DNA of 64,000 nucleotides from a virus (taxonomy: Duplodnaviria > Heunggongvirae > Uroviricota > Caudoviricetes), in the IMG/VR virus record IMGVR_UViG_2675903538_000004; one strand, written 5' to 3'. A program made the translations under genes and the position numbers. Positions 31,226 to 42,700 of this stretch are shown one piece after another. Positions within the stretch are counted from its first letter, which is position 1. The number at the start of each line of letters is the position of its first letter. The notes beneath the pieces were generated by a model, which saw only the letters and a list, made by a program, of their open reading frames with translations, had not been told where the DNA came from and did no database searches.

Positions 31226-32710
31226 TTATTCATTAAGCCATGCCAGAGCTTCATCAACCTGCGCTTCGTCTTCGACGCTAAGCACTTCATCCTGGGGAAC
31301 ATAATCAGCCAGCATAGCGAAACAATATGTATCCCAATGGTCTGGTGAGTGCAGGTTGAGTTTTTTCTTCATATCCTCCTTACTCATCACCTTCCATTGA
31401 CCTGCGGAGTTAATCCCTACAGGGATTTTCGACGCTTCCTCAATAGTTTCATTACCCTTATCCAGTCTCATACGACCAGATTTTACGGCCTCTGCGGCTT
31501 GAACGTTGGCATAAGCACGTTTATCAAAGTACAGGCTCTTATCTTCACGGCTATGCATCTTTTTACCCCAGCGTATACGCTGTACGGTAATACCATAATA
31601 CTCGTACATCAGATCCGCCGTTGCTTTACCCAGGCCATCGCCGTCTATCGCTATGGTGATATTTGGGAATCGCTCAGGATTACATTCTGCGAAAATTTTG
31701 GCGGCAAGCTGCGTTTCTGTAACGTCTGTGTATTCCAGCATTCGATAGTTGATTACACGGCGTTTATTTCGCTGGCCGGACACCATCATGATATTGATAA
31801 CGGACTTATCCCGTCCCGTACCACCAGCAACGTCCACACATGCAAGCCAGCCCCATCCTTTTGCAATCTTGACTTTCCGCCGCGTTGCACGTTCAACCTC
31901 ATCACGTCCAAGAAGGAAGCCATCCTGTGATTTAGGGAATAGGCCGCGTACCTTAATCATGTACATAGGGTTATCACGCCCGCCGTACTCCGCCAGCTTC
32001 ATTTTGATAAAAGCTGGCGTTACCAACGGTGATTCCTCACTGTTAAGCGTGATCGCCGTATAAACGCCATCAGGGTTACCAGGACGCTTGGCCAGTTTAT
32101 GGTGTGTATCGTAGAAATAGCCGCTTGGGCGTGTAGGCTGTGACAGCAATAAGATGCGGTTATCCTGTCCGGTAAGAGCACCGGTGATGATACCGAAAGC
32201 TCTATCACTGACACCGGAGGCTTCATCGATAATATACAGAAGATGATCTGCGTGTTCACCGGCGAGAGCTTCTTCACTTCCCAGACGAAAGCCCTTCGGT
32301 ACTACAGTCCATACACCTTTACCAGTAATCTCATAGAAAGCGGTTTCTGTCAGAACAAAATAATCAGCAAGCCATGGGAAACGGCTGGTGGCAGTAGCCC
32401 AGTTTATCTTGATGTACTTGAATATACCGGTCATTACCTGCTGAATTTTGTTCGCAACGATAATGGCACGGGCACCTGGATACATGATTATGAACAACAT
32501 GATCATGATAGAAGTCATGTCTGATTTCCCGGTACCGTGACCAGACGAAACAGATGTCTTGCTACCCTGTTCCTGCACAGACTCAATAATCAGATCCTGC
32601 TGCCAGGTAGGTGTTTTGCCGAACAAAACATCAGCGGCCGCAATCCAGTCATAACGATATAGCGCCACCAGCTCGCGCCAACGTGGATCCGTTACGCAAC
32701 TTCTGGCCAT
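31226..32710 (-). CDS. pacB: terminase large subunit (PacB)
   Basis: 494 aa; Walker A GHGTGKS; convergent with c1. Confidence 0.85.
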   Translation of the reverse strand: MARSCVTDPRWRELVALYRYDWIAAADVLFGKTPTWQQDLIIESVQEQGSKTSVSSGHGTGKSDMTSIMIMLFIIMYPGARAIIVANKIQQVMTGIFKYIKINWATATSRFPWLADYFVLTETAFYEITGKGVWTVVPKGFRLGSEEALAGEHADHLLYIIDEASGVSDRAFGIITGALTGQDNRILLLSQPTRPSGYFYDTHHKLAKRPGNPDGVYTAITLNSEESPLVTPAFIKMKLAEYGGRDNPMYMIKVRGLFPKSQDGFLLGRDEVERATRRKVKIAKGWGWLACVDVAGGTGRDKSVINIMMVSGQRNKRRVINYRMLEYTDVTETQLAAKIFAECNPERFPNITIAIDGDGLGKATADLMYEYYGITVQRIRWGKKMHSREDKSLYFDKRAYANVQAAEAVKSGRMRLDKGNETIEEASKIPVGINSAGQWKVMSKEDMKKKLNLHSPDHWDTYCFAMLADYVPQDEVLSVEDEAQVDEALAWLNE

Positions 32711-33903
32711 TAATCATCATCCCCGTATAGCTTGCGGGTAACTTCTTCGTCTTCCTCCTCGTCTTCGTCCAGGTCTTGTTCCAGCCATGGGTCGTTTGAT
32801 ACACCTTCAGTATCAACATCTCCATAACCGCCTGTATCAACGATATCGGCGATTTCTTCCCTACGCTGCTCAATCCACAATGCGGCATCGGCGCGGCGGT
32901 TGGCGGCCCGTTCTCGCGCAACTTTGTCCAGATCTTCAAGAGAAGGGCCACCGACGGCTGTTTGCCTTTCCTCATCATCGGTATTGGTCTTAGGAGCACG
33001 CAGATCGGCTTTGATTTGCTCCAGCATCAGGGGCGGCACTTTCCCGCCATGCGCCTCGATGAATTCAGCTGCTTCCAGCACTGACCAGTTATTTTCACGC
33101 TTTCGTTCGTATGCCAGCTTAACAATGCCAGCTTGCCCCATAGACAAAGCGTGCTTTTCCGCCTCCCGGCTTTCTTTTCGATAGTTATTCCGGATGCTGT
33201 AAATGGTGTTGATCAGGCTGCTTATCTGCGCGGAACAGCTGTTTAGCATGCTCGCGATACGGTATTCAGGCGGAGTACCTTCATCATCGTCTTTTTGCTG
33301 ATCGCGCATTTCCTGCACCAGGCGAATACACGTATCCCTGGCGTTCTCCAGCATAAGGAGATGAGAAAGAGACTTTTCCAGAAGAGTGGTTTCCAGAACA
33401 TCGGCCCCGGACCGACGCAACATAGCGCGCGCGGCCTTCCGCGCTTCAACGTTATCTATCAGGTAATCGCCAGCTTCGAATTCAAAGCGTTCACCATCAT
33501 CATCCAGGGTGTCGCGTTCCAGGCGATCACGTAAGGTCCGGTGGGCGCGGGTGATCACGTCATGATCATCAGAACGATCATTTATGCGCTTATTCTGGCG
33601 CTTCGCGTTCTCGACTGCGGCACTGACAACAGCATTAACTCTTTGTTTTTCAGCCATTTCAGCCACAATGTGATCACCTGCACGTTGATCATTAGCGTGA
33701 TCAATGATCATGCTTTTTAGTGGTTTTCTGACAGGCTTATTTGGCTTACGGCTGTCCGCTGTTCCGGTGTCTTCTTTGAATGCACGGAGATAACGACGTG
33801 CGGTGTTTGGGTTGAGATTAAACTCGGCGGCATATTGTGCGATGGTGTAACCACCATCTCGCGCCAGGCGAGCAAAATTCTTCTTGTGATCGTCCCAGGT
33901 CAC
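32710..33903 (-). CDS. pacA: terminase small/pac-recognition subunit (PacA)
   Basis: 397 aa, N-terminal HTH-like region, contains pac hexamer clusters. Confidence 0.8.
   Translation of the reverse strand: MTWDDHKKNFARLARDGGYTIAQYAAEFNLNPNTARRYLRAFKEDTGTADSRKPNKPVRKPLKSMIIDHANDQRAGDHIVAEMAEKQRVNAVVSAAVENAKRQNKRINDRSDDHDVITRAHRTLRDRLERDTLDDDGERFEFEAGDYLIDNVEARKAARAMLRRSGADVLETTLLEKSLSHLLMLENARDTCIRLVQEMRDQQKDDDEGTPPEYRIASMLNSCSAQISSLINTIYSIRNNYRKESREAEKHALSMGQAGIVKLAYERKRENNWSVLEAAEFIEAHGGKVPPLMLEQIKADLRAPKTNTDDEERQTAVGGPSLEDLDKVARERAANRRADAALWIEQRREEIADIVDTGGYGDVDTEGVSNDPWLEQDLDEDEEEDEEVTRKLYGDDD
33552..33710. other. pac packaging site (two clusters of TGATCA/GATC hexamers)
   Basis: TGATCA at 33552, 33564, (C)GATCA 33575 and TGATCA at 33671, 33686, 33698, 33705; lies in the 5' part of pacA as in P1. 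Confidence 0.6.
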
Positions 33904-33989
33904 TTATGCTTCCTTTCGTATAAAACTCTTTTTGACGCGAGGGTAACGAAAGTCACATGTCAAAAGGCCCGGAACGGGCAAGCAATCAA

Positions 33990-34442
33990 TCAGATACGTG
34001 CGGATGTGGCATTACCGTAATGACGGTGCTGACGGACCACCTTATTGAAAAGTTGACGCGCCATCACCCAAGGCTGGTGCTCCCGGCGTTCCTTTTCGTC
34101 CTGCGTCATATAGAGTTCGTTCTGGAGTTTTTCATCAAACCGGCGCGGAGCGCGGCTGCGGCGAAAGAATTCAGGATTCAGAGAGTGGATCTGAAATCTA
34201 CGTGGGCGTGTACTGTCATCAATCAAAACAGACGAATACTTAGACACAGCGATAGCCTTTAAGCGCAGATAAACATCGCGCTTATCGACATCCAGATGCG
34301 GGTATTCCTTTTCAAGAATTGCTGCGAGATCTTTCGCTGATAGAAGAGATTTAGTGCGGATCATGTAATCCGCAATCTCGTACGATGTTATTCGTGAGTG
34401 ATTTATTTCCATGAAGTGGCGTCCCTGCCAGTTAAGTAACAT
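33990..34442 (-). CDS. lpa: late promoter activator (Lpa-like)
   Basis: 150 aa, position upstream of pacA and C1 operator about 70 bp upstream of start. Confidence 0.5.
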   Translation of the reverse strand: MLLNWQGRHFMEINHSRITSYEIADYMIRTKSLLSAKDLAAILEKEYPHLDVDKRDVYLRLKAIAVSKYSSVLIDDSTRPRRFQIHSLNPEFFRRSRAPRRFDEKLQNELYMTQDEKERREHQPWVMARQLFNKVVRQHRHYGNATSARI

Positions 34443-34512
34443 CCTGTCACCTACTGATTAGCCCATGTCAACTAATCAACGTCGAATATAATACCCTCGA
34501 TTAAAGAAATAG

Positions 34513-34529
34513 CAATACATTAGAGCAAT
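34513..34529. promoter_or_regulatory. C1 operator-like site upstream of lpa
   Basis: CAATACATTAGAGCAAT, 3 mismatches. Confidence 0.45.
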
Positions 34530-34530
34530 T

Positions 34531-35574
34531 TTATCTAACGCTCGACGAATGACTTGTGATAGCGCCGACTCCAAGCGCGTAATCAAAGAACAATCGTTGA
34601 TGCATCGCCAGCCTACCGTGCGTCTTCTCCCAATTATCGCGGTCACGCTCAATATCACGCTGGCATGACTGGCACAGAGGAACAGCATAAATGTCATGCG
34701 CGCATAATCGACTATGACGAACGATATAAGGCGTAATGTGAGCGCCAGCTCCCGCAGCTCCACAGCCACAGCATGGACGGGAAGCCACAAAATCCATGTA
34801 CTCGGGCAATTTTAGCGATTGAAGTTTTGGTATTTTGAAATGCGCCATGCCAGGGTCGGCGTCAACATCCACAGGGCATACTTTTGCACGCATCGGCGCG
34901 GCGCGTTCTTCCATCATCTGAACATATGCTGTAGCGCGATCGTCATACGGGCGAATATCCGCCTCTTTCAGAGGTCCGCTATCCTGCGGAGTAGCCTTCA
35001 TCTTATTTATTGATATGCGGCAGACTTCTTCCGGCATCAGGTGCATCATGTTGCGCATGAAAGCCCACCAGCACAGCTCCTGAATACTTAAATCATGGCT
35101 ATTTGAAAGGCCCATTTCCTGACGGGCGACATCCAGTATCCAGTTAACGCGATTATTGTGCAGCGTTTCTTTCAGCTCATTAAAACCACGCATCCGGTAA
35201 TGGTTATCGTGATGCCAGCACAACAACACCGCGCTATTGTCTCGTTCAGCGTGGACAATATGGTTGTCACACCAACTACGATCTGCGGCCTGGCATTGAC
35301 CCTCTTTCCTACGCAACCACGCCACCAGCGCGTCAATTCCACCAATACGGCGAAACAGTTCATCGCTGTTAAAAAACGGCTGCAACGCCTCATTTGTTGC
35401 CATGGTTTGCTCGGTAACAACGAGGCCGTCTTCCATGTGCTCGATTAACTCACGCGGCACCGGCTCCATAATAAATTTACGGCCAGCCTCCACCAGCTTT
35501 CTGACCTCCTGATCCACTTTGAACGTGGCGAGGCCAAGCTCTTTCTGTACAAAGGGAGTAATTACGGCTTTCAC
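34531..35574 (-). CDS. hypothetical Cys/His-rich protein
   Basis: 347 aa; CWHHDNHY and CCGCG..CxxCQ motifs. Confidence 0.55.
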   Translation of the reverse strand: MKAVITPFVQKELGLATFKVDQEVRKLVEAGRKFIMEPVPRELIEHMEDGLVVTEQTMATNEALQPFFNSDELFRRIGGIDALVAWLRRKEGQCQAADRSWCDNHIVHAERDNSAVLLCWHHDNHYRMRGFNELKETLHNNRVNWILDVARQEMGLSNSHDLSIQELCWWAFMRNMMHLMPEEVCRISINKMKATPQDSGPLKEADIRPYDDRATAYVQMMEERAAPMRAKVCPVDVDADPGMAHFKIPKLQSLKLPEYMDFVASRPCCGCGAAGAGAHITPYIVRHSRLCAHDIYAVPLCQSCQRDIERDRDNWEKTHGRLAMHQRLFFDYALGVGAITSHSSSVR

Positions 35575-35785
35575 ATCACACCTTTAATCACTGATTGGGC
35601 TTTATCTGCTGCCCGGCATTCTCTGTTTAAGCACAACCATTTCCTGACGGCATAACACAGCAATAGCGGTCCTGACTCCAATTTGCTTACCAACCAGGTA
35701 TTGCTTTACCTTGCGGCGACTCACGCCATCAAGAAGCATCTTTAACGCTTCACGGGACAATTTGTTGTATTTGCGTGCCATTAAT

Positions 35786-36166
35786 CTACTCCGCAGAACC
35801 ATACAATCTACGTAACGTGTCGGCGACAGAAGATACAGATATCTCGCCAGTCGCAGCGCCTACAGTAAGGTCTGCCAGTTCAGGTGAATCAAATACCTGC
35901 ACCCCGTTACGGCGTAGAAATAGCAGCGCACTGTTTAGCGCGGTACGCTTATTGGCATCATTGAATATATGCCCTCTCGCTGTAGCCACCAGGTAGGTGG
36001 CGGAGACTTCGAAAAGGTCGGTGATCTCTTCGTAGGCAACTCTGGCCTGAACTCTCCCGATAATGGCCTCTGCCCTACCCGGATCAGACATTCCCGGCAG
36101 GCCGCCGTAGCGGCTTATATTCGCATCATGAAGCGCAATAAGTTCTTCCGGTGATATATGCCTCAT
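35786..36166 (-). CDS. doc: Doc toxin (Fic-fold kinase)
   Basis: 126 aa [33 protein letters not shown]. Confidence 0.95.
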
Positions 36167-36387
36167 TATCGGTTAACCAGTTCCTTGTTGGTGGAGTCCA
36201 GGGTGTCAAACAGGGATGCAAATTCAGCATCCAGCGCCGCTTTTTTGTAGGCTTCGAAAGTAGCCTTGCTGACAATTACTGCTGGCTCACGGCCTCTGCG
36301 GGTGATTTCAACCTCTTCCCCGGCTTCAACATTGTTGAGCACTTCAGAAAGGTTGCCACGCGCGGTACGGAAGTTAATGGATTGCAT
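36166..36387 (-). CDS. phd: Phd antitoxin
   Basis: [49 protein letters not shown]; ATG 36387 after GAGGTG; stop overlaps doc start. Confidence 0.95.
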
Positions 36388-36459
36388 AAACACCTCGTGT
36401 ACTCGTTATGTGTACACAATTATAAACTTCACAGGCATAAAGCACCAGCACTTTGCAGC

Positions 36460-36849
36460 TTAAATAACCGGACAATCATCAAATTCCCCACTTCGGGCAT
36501 CATTGATGACATGAGTGATCACACCAAAAACAGCATTACTGCCCGTGTATCCATCGTCATCTACTGGTAACGCCTCTTTCTTCCCGGTGCTTAAATCCTC
36601 CAGGTGCTGGCGCGGATACTTCCTGTATCTCTTTATGCGATATTCACCCTCCATAGCGCACACAAGCAGAGAACCATCAACCGGAGTAAGCGAGGAATCA
36701 ACCACCAGCAAAGCACCCTGCAATATTCCCTCACGGTGATGGCTATCAGCTGCCCGCATGAAGTAGGTCGCTGAAGGATGTCTAATTATCTGCTGATCAA
36801 GAGAAATTCGGCTTTCAACATAATCCGCCGCAGGAGAAGGGAAGCCCAT
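36460..36849 (-). CDS. humD: UmuD-like protein (HumD)
   Basis: 129 aa, S24 peptidase-like C-terminal domain lacking the N-terminal cleavage arm (UmuD'-like). Confidence 0.8.
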   Translation of the reverse strand: MGFPSPAADYVESRISLDQQIIRHPSATYFMRAADSHHREGILQGALLVVDSSLTPVDGSLLVCAMEGEYRIKRYRKYPRQHLEDLSTGKKEALPVDDDGYTGSNAVFGVITHVINDARSGEFDDCPVI

Positions 36850-36972
36850 AGCGTTTTACCTCAATGATACTGTTTATTCATACAGTATACATTGAAAAGG
36901 CATAGTTTGTGAAAGCGGGGTTTGTAGGCGCGCCACGCTGGGGGCTAATCACATTTCTCCCCCATCTTGCCG

Positions 36973-37245
36973 TTATTTTTTTGGTGCATCCTCGTTCTGA
37001 TACACCGGATCGCTCCCTTTTGGCAACTGGAGGCTTAACTGCCGATAGTGCCGTAACCGTTCCATGAAATAGGTGCGCAGATTCTCTGGTTGCTCGCGGG
37101 CTACCTGTTCAGCTATGACAGGTATGTTCAATCGCTCTTTGTACGCCACACCGCTGGCAGCCAGATCAACGTTAACCTTATCCCGTTCTTCCTGACTTTT
37201 AGCTGCAATATTCCAATCGTGCATATCAAATCCCATCCAGAACAA
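36973..37245 (-). CDS. hypothetical protein
   Basis: 90-aa ORF. Confidence 0.4.
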   Translation of the reverse strand: MFWMGFDMHDWNIAAKSQEERDKVNVDLAASGVAYKERLNIPVIAEQVAREQPENLRTYFMERLRHYRQLSLQLPKGSDPVYQNEDAPKK

Positions 37246-37673
37246 TTGCGTAACGACTATTATTTAACCAGCAAAGTAACTTTTAATTTTTTTTCTTTTC
37301 CCATTGATTTTTGTGCACAGCTTATCTGCCTTGCCGTGCGCAGAATCAACTTTTTTCTTCCTGATTTATCCACAAAGTTATGCACTTGCAAGAGGGCCAT
37401 TTTCTAAATATTGTGATGTTTCACAAATGAAATGAATTTTGATTAATGAAGATAAGGAGAAAATTTGAGATGCAATCATGACGTTAATAGATAGGGTCTG
37501 CATTACAGACCCCATCCGCATCAAGGAATTAGCCGTTCCCTGATGTTGTTCCGAAAACATGTGCCGTAAGCTCACGTTAACGACTTTCTTTCACCGAATC
37601 CAACTATATAGGGGTTGGGTTTCTACGTCAACGTGAGCAAGTGCTCCTTTACATTTGACAAGGAACCACCTTA

Positions 37674-37811
37674 ATGACTGCTTTTTTTCAGTTCCTGAGT
37701 GCATTTTTAGATGCGCCTGTTATTAGCCAGATTCTGGCGATCATCCTCATCATCGTTTTGATTTTGCTTTTAAGGTCAGTAAAAAATGGAATTATGCACT
37801 GGCTTACTTAA
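37674..37811 (+). CDS. small hydrophobic peptide (45 aa), candidate membrane toxin-like ORF
   Basis: MTAFFQFLSAFLDAPVISQILAIILIIVLILLLRSVKNGIMHWLT; weak AGGA upstream; lies in a 640-bp region without larger ORFs; below ORF-track size cut-off. Confidence 0.3.
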   Translation: MTAFFQFLSAFLDAPVISQILAIILIIVLILLLRSVKNGIMHWLT

Positions 37812-37885
37812 TGTTCAGTGAAACATTAAAATCTCCTTGATGTGGAAACAATCATTTTCTGTATGTGCTGGTGGGTACCTGTAGT

Positions 37886-38248
37886 TCAGCTTTCGTTGGC
37901 ATTTAACTTCGTCTTTGCTTTCTCCACCAGCAACTTCCAGATGCCTATTTCATTAGCAGCCGCCTTGATGGCGGCATAAAAAGCATCTTGCTGATCGTAA
38001 CGCTGAATCTGTTTTTTCAGTTTTGCCTCCACCAATTTAATTTCATTACGTGCTTTCTGAAGCCGCAGCGCCGCCCGGTTACGTCTGTTCTTGTATAGCG
38101 CGTTAATCTCTGATAATTGCTTTAATTTACCAGCCTGACTGCGGATTATCGCCTCTCTGACTTCTGCCGTGCGTCTCATCTGATCTCTTAAGAGTTCACC
38201 GTTTTCGATAATTCTTTCAAGGTGTTTGATGTGATCTGCAACTCTCAT
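37886..38248 (-). CDS. coiled-coil protein
   Basis: 120-aa ORF. Confidence 0.5.
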   Translation of the reverse strand: MRVADHIKHLERIIENGELLRDQMRRTAEVREAIIRSQAGKLKQLSEINALYKNRRNRAALRLQKARNEIKLVEAKLKKQIQRYDQQDAFYAAIKAAANEIGIWKLLVEKAKTKLNANES

Positions 38249-39177
38249 ACTTCACCCTCGCTTGTATCGCCAGCATCCACCAGCGGCAATAAAGCCCTGG
38301 CCATCTTATGAACCAATAGTGCATCAATAATGCCAAGCGTATGCCCCGGCTTAATGTTTAATGCCGCCTCAAGGTGACACCTTTCCAGGCCACTTTTCTC
38401 GGCTTGTTTATGATGATCTGGTGTAATAACGTCGCCCAAAACACGGCTAATTCTTTCTCGTAATTGCTGGGTGCCAGCACACTTGATCGCTGTATCGTGG
38501 AGACGGTTAACCAGTTCGCGATAAACATGCGGCTTAATTCGGATACGTTCACCGGTGACGCCCTTTCCTGGTGCTGGCACCGAACTATCCGGAATATCCG
38601 GATAGTTGCCAGCCTCGTAAGCTACCCGCAGCCAGTGCATGAATGTTTCAGTGGACACACAACCACAGTCCACATCGATTTTCCCGCGTTGCTGTTCCAG
38701 CCATTGCCCAAAATCCAACCTGTAAGTCTTACTTTCAAGTTCATCACCATTGAACTCGACTTTCTGCGACGCTATGAGAGCTGATTCGTATTGTTCGCGA
38801 GTGACAACTGACTGGTATTCATCGCTATCAAGGTCACCAATTGGAAGCTCAATCTCACAACAAAAATTGCGCCCAAAGAAAGTGTCTTTTTTGTGGTCTG
38901 AGCCAAAAGCAAAAGTCGCGCATGGTGCCATTAAATTGACACTGGGTAGGTAACAATAACTCATTCCATCAGGCCACCCGCCGCACTTAGGCAGTTCCTT
39001 CACTAACAAGTCGATAAACTTCATTTTTTTATCATCTTTGCAAGCCGCCAAAGCCATTTGGGCAAGTGCCAATACTTCATCTGCCGTATATCCAGCACCG
39101 TGACCATACATTTCGATACGGGAAATAATCTCTGATATACGCTCTTCAGTGATTCTGGTCATTTCTTTTTGCGCCAT
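38245..39177 (-). CDS. hypothetical protein
   Basis: 310-aa ORF, overlapping stop/start with neighbours. Confidence 0.55.
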   Translation of the reverse strand: MAQKEMTRITEERISEIISRIEMYGHGAGYTADEVLALAQMALAACKDDKKMKFIDLLVKELPKCGGWPDGMSYCYLPSVNLMAPCATFAFGSDHKKDTFFGRNFCCEIELPIGDLDSDEYQSVVTREQYESALIASQKVEFNGDELESKTYRLDFGQWLEQQRGKIDVDCGCVSTETFMHWLRVAYEAGNYPDIPDSSVPAPGKGVTGERIRIKPHVYRELVNRLHDTAIKCAGTQQLRERISRVLGDVITPDHHKQAEKSGLERCHLEAALNIKPGHTLGIIDALLVHKMARALLPLVDAGDTSEGEV

Positions 39178-39533
39178 TTCTTTTCACATTCCTTAGTCCA
39201 TTTTTCAATGTTCATTTTGGCAATATCAGTCATTCCATCACCTAAGAAATACTTTTTCCGGTATGTCTTGCACTTAAACCACACTACAACAGCCACCAGC
39301 CAGAAAATAAAAGGCCATACAGCAATACCAACGACAGCCGCGATAAAGCCCAATAGCCATAAATGAAGCTCTCCAACTTCTGTTTCCGGCAATATTCTTA
39401 AAGAATTAAACAGCAGGCTGAACGAATGGTCGTATGCATTGGCAGTATAAGACATGCAATCCATATAATTAAAGTCATAGCCTGCGGCTGCCGCCCATAA
39501 TGGGCGGTCAAGAAAATGTTTTAGTGTCATCAT
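39159..39533 (-). CDS. membrane protein
   Basis: 124 aa with hydrophobic segment LWLLGFIAAVVGIAVWPFIFWLVAVVVWF. Confidence 0.5.
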   Translation of the reverse strand: MMTLKHFLDRPLWAAAAGYDFNYMDCMSYTANAYDHSFSLLFNSLRILPETEVGELHLWLLGFIAAVVGIAVWPFIFWLVAVVVWFKCKTYRKKYFLGDGMTDIAKMNIEKWTKECEKKWRKKK

Positions 39534-39539
39534 ATAAAT

Positions 39540-39929
39540 TTAAGGTTCAGACCAGTTATCTTCAATAGCAATGCTTAATCTTTGTAGCCATTCTGCTAAT
39601 TTCAGCATTGCTTCTCTTTCGCTTAAACCACGAGGAAAATCATCAAGTGAAATTGTTGGCTTGAAGCCCCCGTAATTATCCATTTCAACAGTCAGATTTT
39701 GCTCCAGCACGGTATTCCTTACGCGGCTATTGTGCCGAAGCAAATATACTGAACGTGATTTATTGGTTTTATGGTCAAACTGATATTCGGTAAGTATCAT
39801 CTGGCTTTTGCCATGACTATTACCTCTCCACATACTTACCTCACTTAATAAAACAACTCCATGCGTAGTTGATGATTTTTTCCCACGTAATATAAATCTG
39901 CACTCCGGCAGTAAAACCAAAGCCAACAA
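39540..39929 (-). CDS. hypothetical protein
   Basis: 129-aa ORF. Confidence 0.45.
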   Translation of the reverse strand: MLALVLLPECRFILRGKKSSTTHGVVLLSEVSMWRGNSHGKSQMILTEYQFDHKTNKSRSVYLLRHNSRVRNTVLEQNLTVEMDNYGGFKPTISLDDFPRGLSEREAMLKLAEWLQRLSIAIEDNWSEP

Positions 39930-40327
39930 TTGCTGAAAAAATCAAAACATTTACTTTTGACATTATAAATTTTCTCTCGGTGTCGTAGGTGATAGCACCA
40001 TAATTGATAATTTAGTGAGTTAGCAGTTCCATTTTTTGGATGATTTCCGCATGAGCATCATCGTTATCAACACTTAACTCGTTTAATGCCTCTCGCACTA
40101 CATCAACTTCTTCTGGTTGGAAGAAGTCATCTCGGTAGTCACCAAATAGAACCGAAACAAGCCTGCCACCAGCAACATCAAGATTGGCGCTAACAGGTGG
40201 CTCTTTGCCATCCTCAAATTCGACTACAAAAGTTATTTTTCCCATCGTTACCACCAGCGACAAATTGAATACAAACCCAGTGCTGCCGCCATCACAATTC
40301 CTACCGTGGTGAATGCTTCAGGCCAGC

Positions 40328-40870
40328 TCATTGATTCACCTCCTGCGGCGGTTCTGGTAGCGGCATCCAGAACAAGGCGTTCCCTAACCACGATAAAGTG
40401 CCGTCGCTCAACTCCACGTATTCCCCTTGCACCTGGCCTGCCATATACTCGCCGTGCTTTGAATAAATTAAAATCCAATCATCTTGAGCGGGCATTCGCT
40501 CACTACAGCTTATCCAACTATCCGGAGTTACCGGAGAGTTGCCATTTACATCGAAGTTTGGCTCTGCGTCCTGAACCAGGAGGATGTAACCATTCTTGGC
40601 AGTATCAAGTTCTAACGCCTCGGTGACGGTGCCGAAATAGCGATTACCTAAATCAGCATCACAAGTGCTTACATCAATGGAAACTTCCATGCCTTCGATT
40701 AATTCTGGCAAGTTGTAAGTTTGGCTTACAGGCTCTGCTTCCAGCGATGCCAGTGCAATTCGTGCCAGTTCTTCCGCTTCTTCTGCTGGCAGTACAACGT
40801 TGCTACCAGGTCCGTATGTTTCGCGCCACTGCTTGATTGTCAGCAGTCGCTCTTTGGTAATAGTGATCAT
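40328..40870 (-). CDS. DUF551-like prophage protein
   Basis: C-terminal W..YSKHGEYMAG..LFWMPLPEPP motif typical of DUF551. Confidence 0.5.
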   Translation of the reverse strand: MITITKERLLTIKQWRETYGPGSNVVLPAEEAEELARIALASLEAEPVSQTYNLPELIEGMEVSIDVSTCDADLGNRYFGTVTEALELDTAKNGYILLVQDAEPNFDVNGNSPVTPDSWISCSERMPAQDDWILIYSKHGEYMAGQVQGEYVELSDGTLSWLGNALFWMPLPEPPQEVNQ

Positions 40871-41148
40871 TTGTTAATCCTCAAAACTTTATGCCCGGGC
40901 GCAAAAGCACGCGTTTTGTCTTTGCTTATTCGCCAGCCATCCTTGCGCGCCTCTTTTGCACAGCCAGCCCATGACGTACCTATATACTCACCGAAGTCTG
41001 GCACTGGATATACACCTTCCGTACACTGGCGGCAGTCACAATAGAGATGCATTGTGTAACTTGCGGCAATAGCCATATCACTCTCCTTTAGTGCGCAAGT
41101 GGTTTTTCCAGCGGTTTTGCGCCGCGCTGGGCTTTTTGCAAAAACCAC
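40867..41148 (-). CDS. hypothetical Cys-rich protein
   Basis: 93-aa ORF. Confidence 0.4.
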   Translation of the reverse strand: MVFAKSPARRKTAGKTTCALKESDMAIAASYTMHLYCDCRQCTEGVYPVPDFGEYIGTSWAGCAKEARKDGWRISKDKTRAFAPGHKVLRINK

Positions 41149-41438
41149 AATCCATCATCCCGTAATATTTCATCAACCCCATCCGTCGGTTGCTGAGTCT
41201 CACCCACTGCCAGACGCCAGGAGCGTTTCTACGAACTAACAGAATCTTTGCCTTACGGTTTTTCATCGCTTTGCTCTCCTGCGTCTCTTTGCTGCTCGTC
41301 GTGCCGCTGCAATACCGGTATGGCGGCGCTTTGGTGCCGGGATGATGTTGTCAGCCATCAGGACATACGGCTTTGCAATTAGCGCAGAAGCCCAAAAACG
41401 AGTCGGGTACGGTAACAAGCCAATACATGCCACACGCA

Positions 41439-41927
41439 CTACTCACCTCCGTTGATGCGAATGCCTGTTGCAATGCTGTTTATGATGCTGTCAGTGCATG
41501 GGGTAGAAAGCTGGGCATCTCCAGCAATTTTCATGACATCAACATCTGCATATCGAATACCGAGGTGTATCAGACCGGCTATACCTGACTTAAGCCGAGC
41601 ATTTTCCATAAACAGATCCTTTGCCCGCTGTTTTTCTGCCTCAAGCTCAACGCGCAGCTTCCCTACCGTTAGCGCAATTTCCTCGTTCTCCTGGTCGCGG
41701 GATTTGATGTATTGCTGGTTCCTTTCCCGTTCATCCAGTAGTGCCAGCACGGTTTCTGGTCCGGCCAGAAATTTGAAGGCGTTGAGCGCATCAATATCCA
41801 CACCGTAATCTTTAAGTTCCTGTTCACTTAACAAATCATCATCAGCTGGCAACATTAACAGGCGTTCCATTGCTGGAATTGCACGTTCCGCCGCCTCACG
41901 CAGTGCCTGGTAATTAATTTCGCTCAC
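41439..41927 (-). CDS. hypothetical protein, paralogue of next gene (Ead/Ea22-like?)
   Basis: N-terminal INYQALREAAERA shared with the 258-aa neighbour (INYQVLREAAEKA). Confidence 0.5.
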   Translation of the reverse strand: MSEINYQALREAAERAIPAMERLLMLPADDDLLSEQELKDYGVDIDALNAFKFLAGPETVLALLDERERNQQYIKSRDQENEEIALTVGKLRVELEAEKQRAKDLFMENARLKSGIAGLIHLGIRYADVDVMKIAGDAQLSTPCTDSIINSIATGIRINGGE

Positions 41928-42700
41928 TGGTTGCCTCCTTTGCGAAGCTGGGCAGCAAAGTCAACTAACCACTCAGTCATTTCAACCTTCCCTACCAGAT
42001 CTGAACCAGGGTGCATACAGCAATCACTCTGCGCCGCTTTGAAATCCTTATACTCATATTCTTGGGCCACCAGATTTTTTGCAGCTTCTATAGCAGCATC
42101 CAATCCCTGCGCCCGCACTTCAGCCAGGCATTTGCGAAACTCGGAAACGTACTGTTCGACGCTCATTCCCCAGCTAAGTGGACATTCATTGAATGTTTCG
42201 CCTTCGTGCTCTTCATCAGGTAGCTCTTTGGTAAAGAACTCACGCTCAATGGCGTGGAGTGTGTCAGCAAAACGACGTAAGTTACTCAAACCTACCGTAA
42301 TGGAGAATTCAGGAGCATCACATCCGACGCCCATCTGCTGATAAACGGCGGTTTTGAAGGCCTTAAGCCCCGCATTCTCCGCCACCAGCGCCGCGAGATT
42401 AGTCTCAAGCTCTGCAATTCGACACATAGCATCAATATTTGTGTCCTCCAGGCACTTAATTTCACCAAGCAGCTCCAGTGCAACCTTTGGGTTGAACGCG
42501 GCAACATGACGAGCGTTGTTCTCTGCATTTTTCTGTCCATCAAAGCCGGTCCATTTGATAACGTCTTCACATCGTTCATCACCGGGCGTGTGCACCGCAT
42601 AAGTACCAGTATCCGTCGAAATAAATGCGACCCATTCGTCTGGTGTTGCCTTTTCTGCCGCCTCACGCAGTACCTGATAGTTAATTGTCATTCTCGCCAT
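41924..42700 (-). CDS. hypothetical protein (Ead/Ea22-like?)
   Basis: 258 aa, shares N-terminal motif with 41439-41927. Confidence 0.5.
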   Translation of the reverse strand: MARMTINYQVLREAAEKATPDEWVAFISTDTGTYAVHTPGDERCEDVIKWTGFDGQKNAENNARHVAAFNPKVALELLGEIKCLEDTNIDAMCRIAELETNLAALVAENAGLKAFKTAVYQQMGVGCDAPEFSITVGLSNLRRFADTLHAIEREFFTKELPDEEHEGETFNECPLSWGMSVEQYVSEFRKCLAEVRAQGLDAAIEAAKNLVAQEYEYKDFKAAQSDCCMHPGSDLVGKVEMTEWLVDFAAQLRKGGNQ

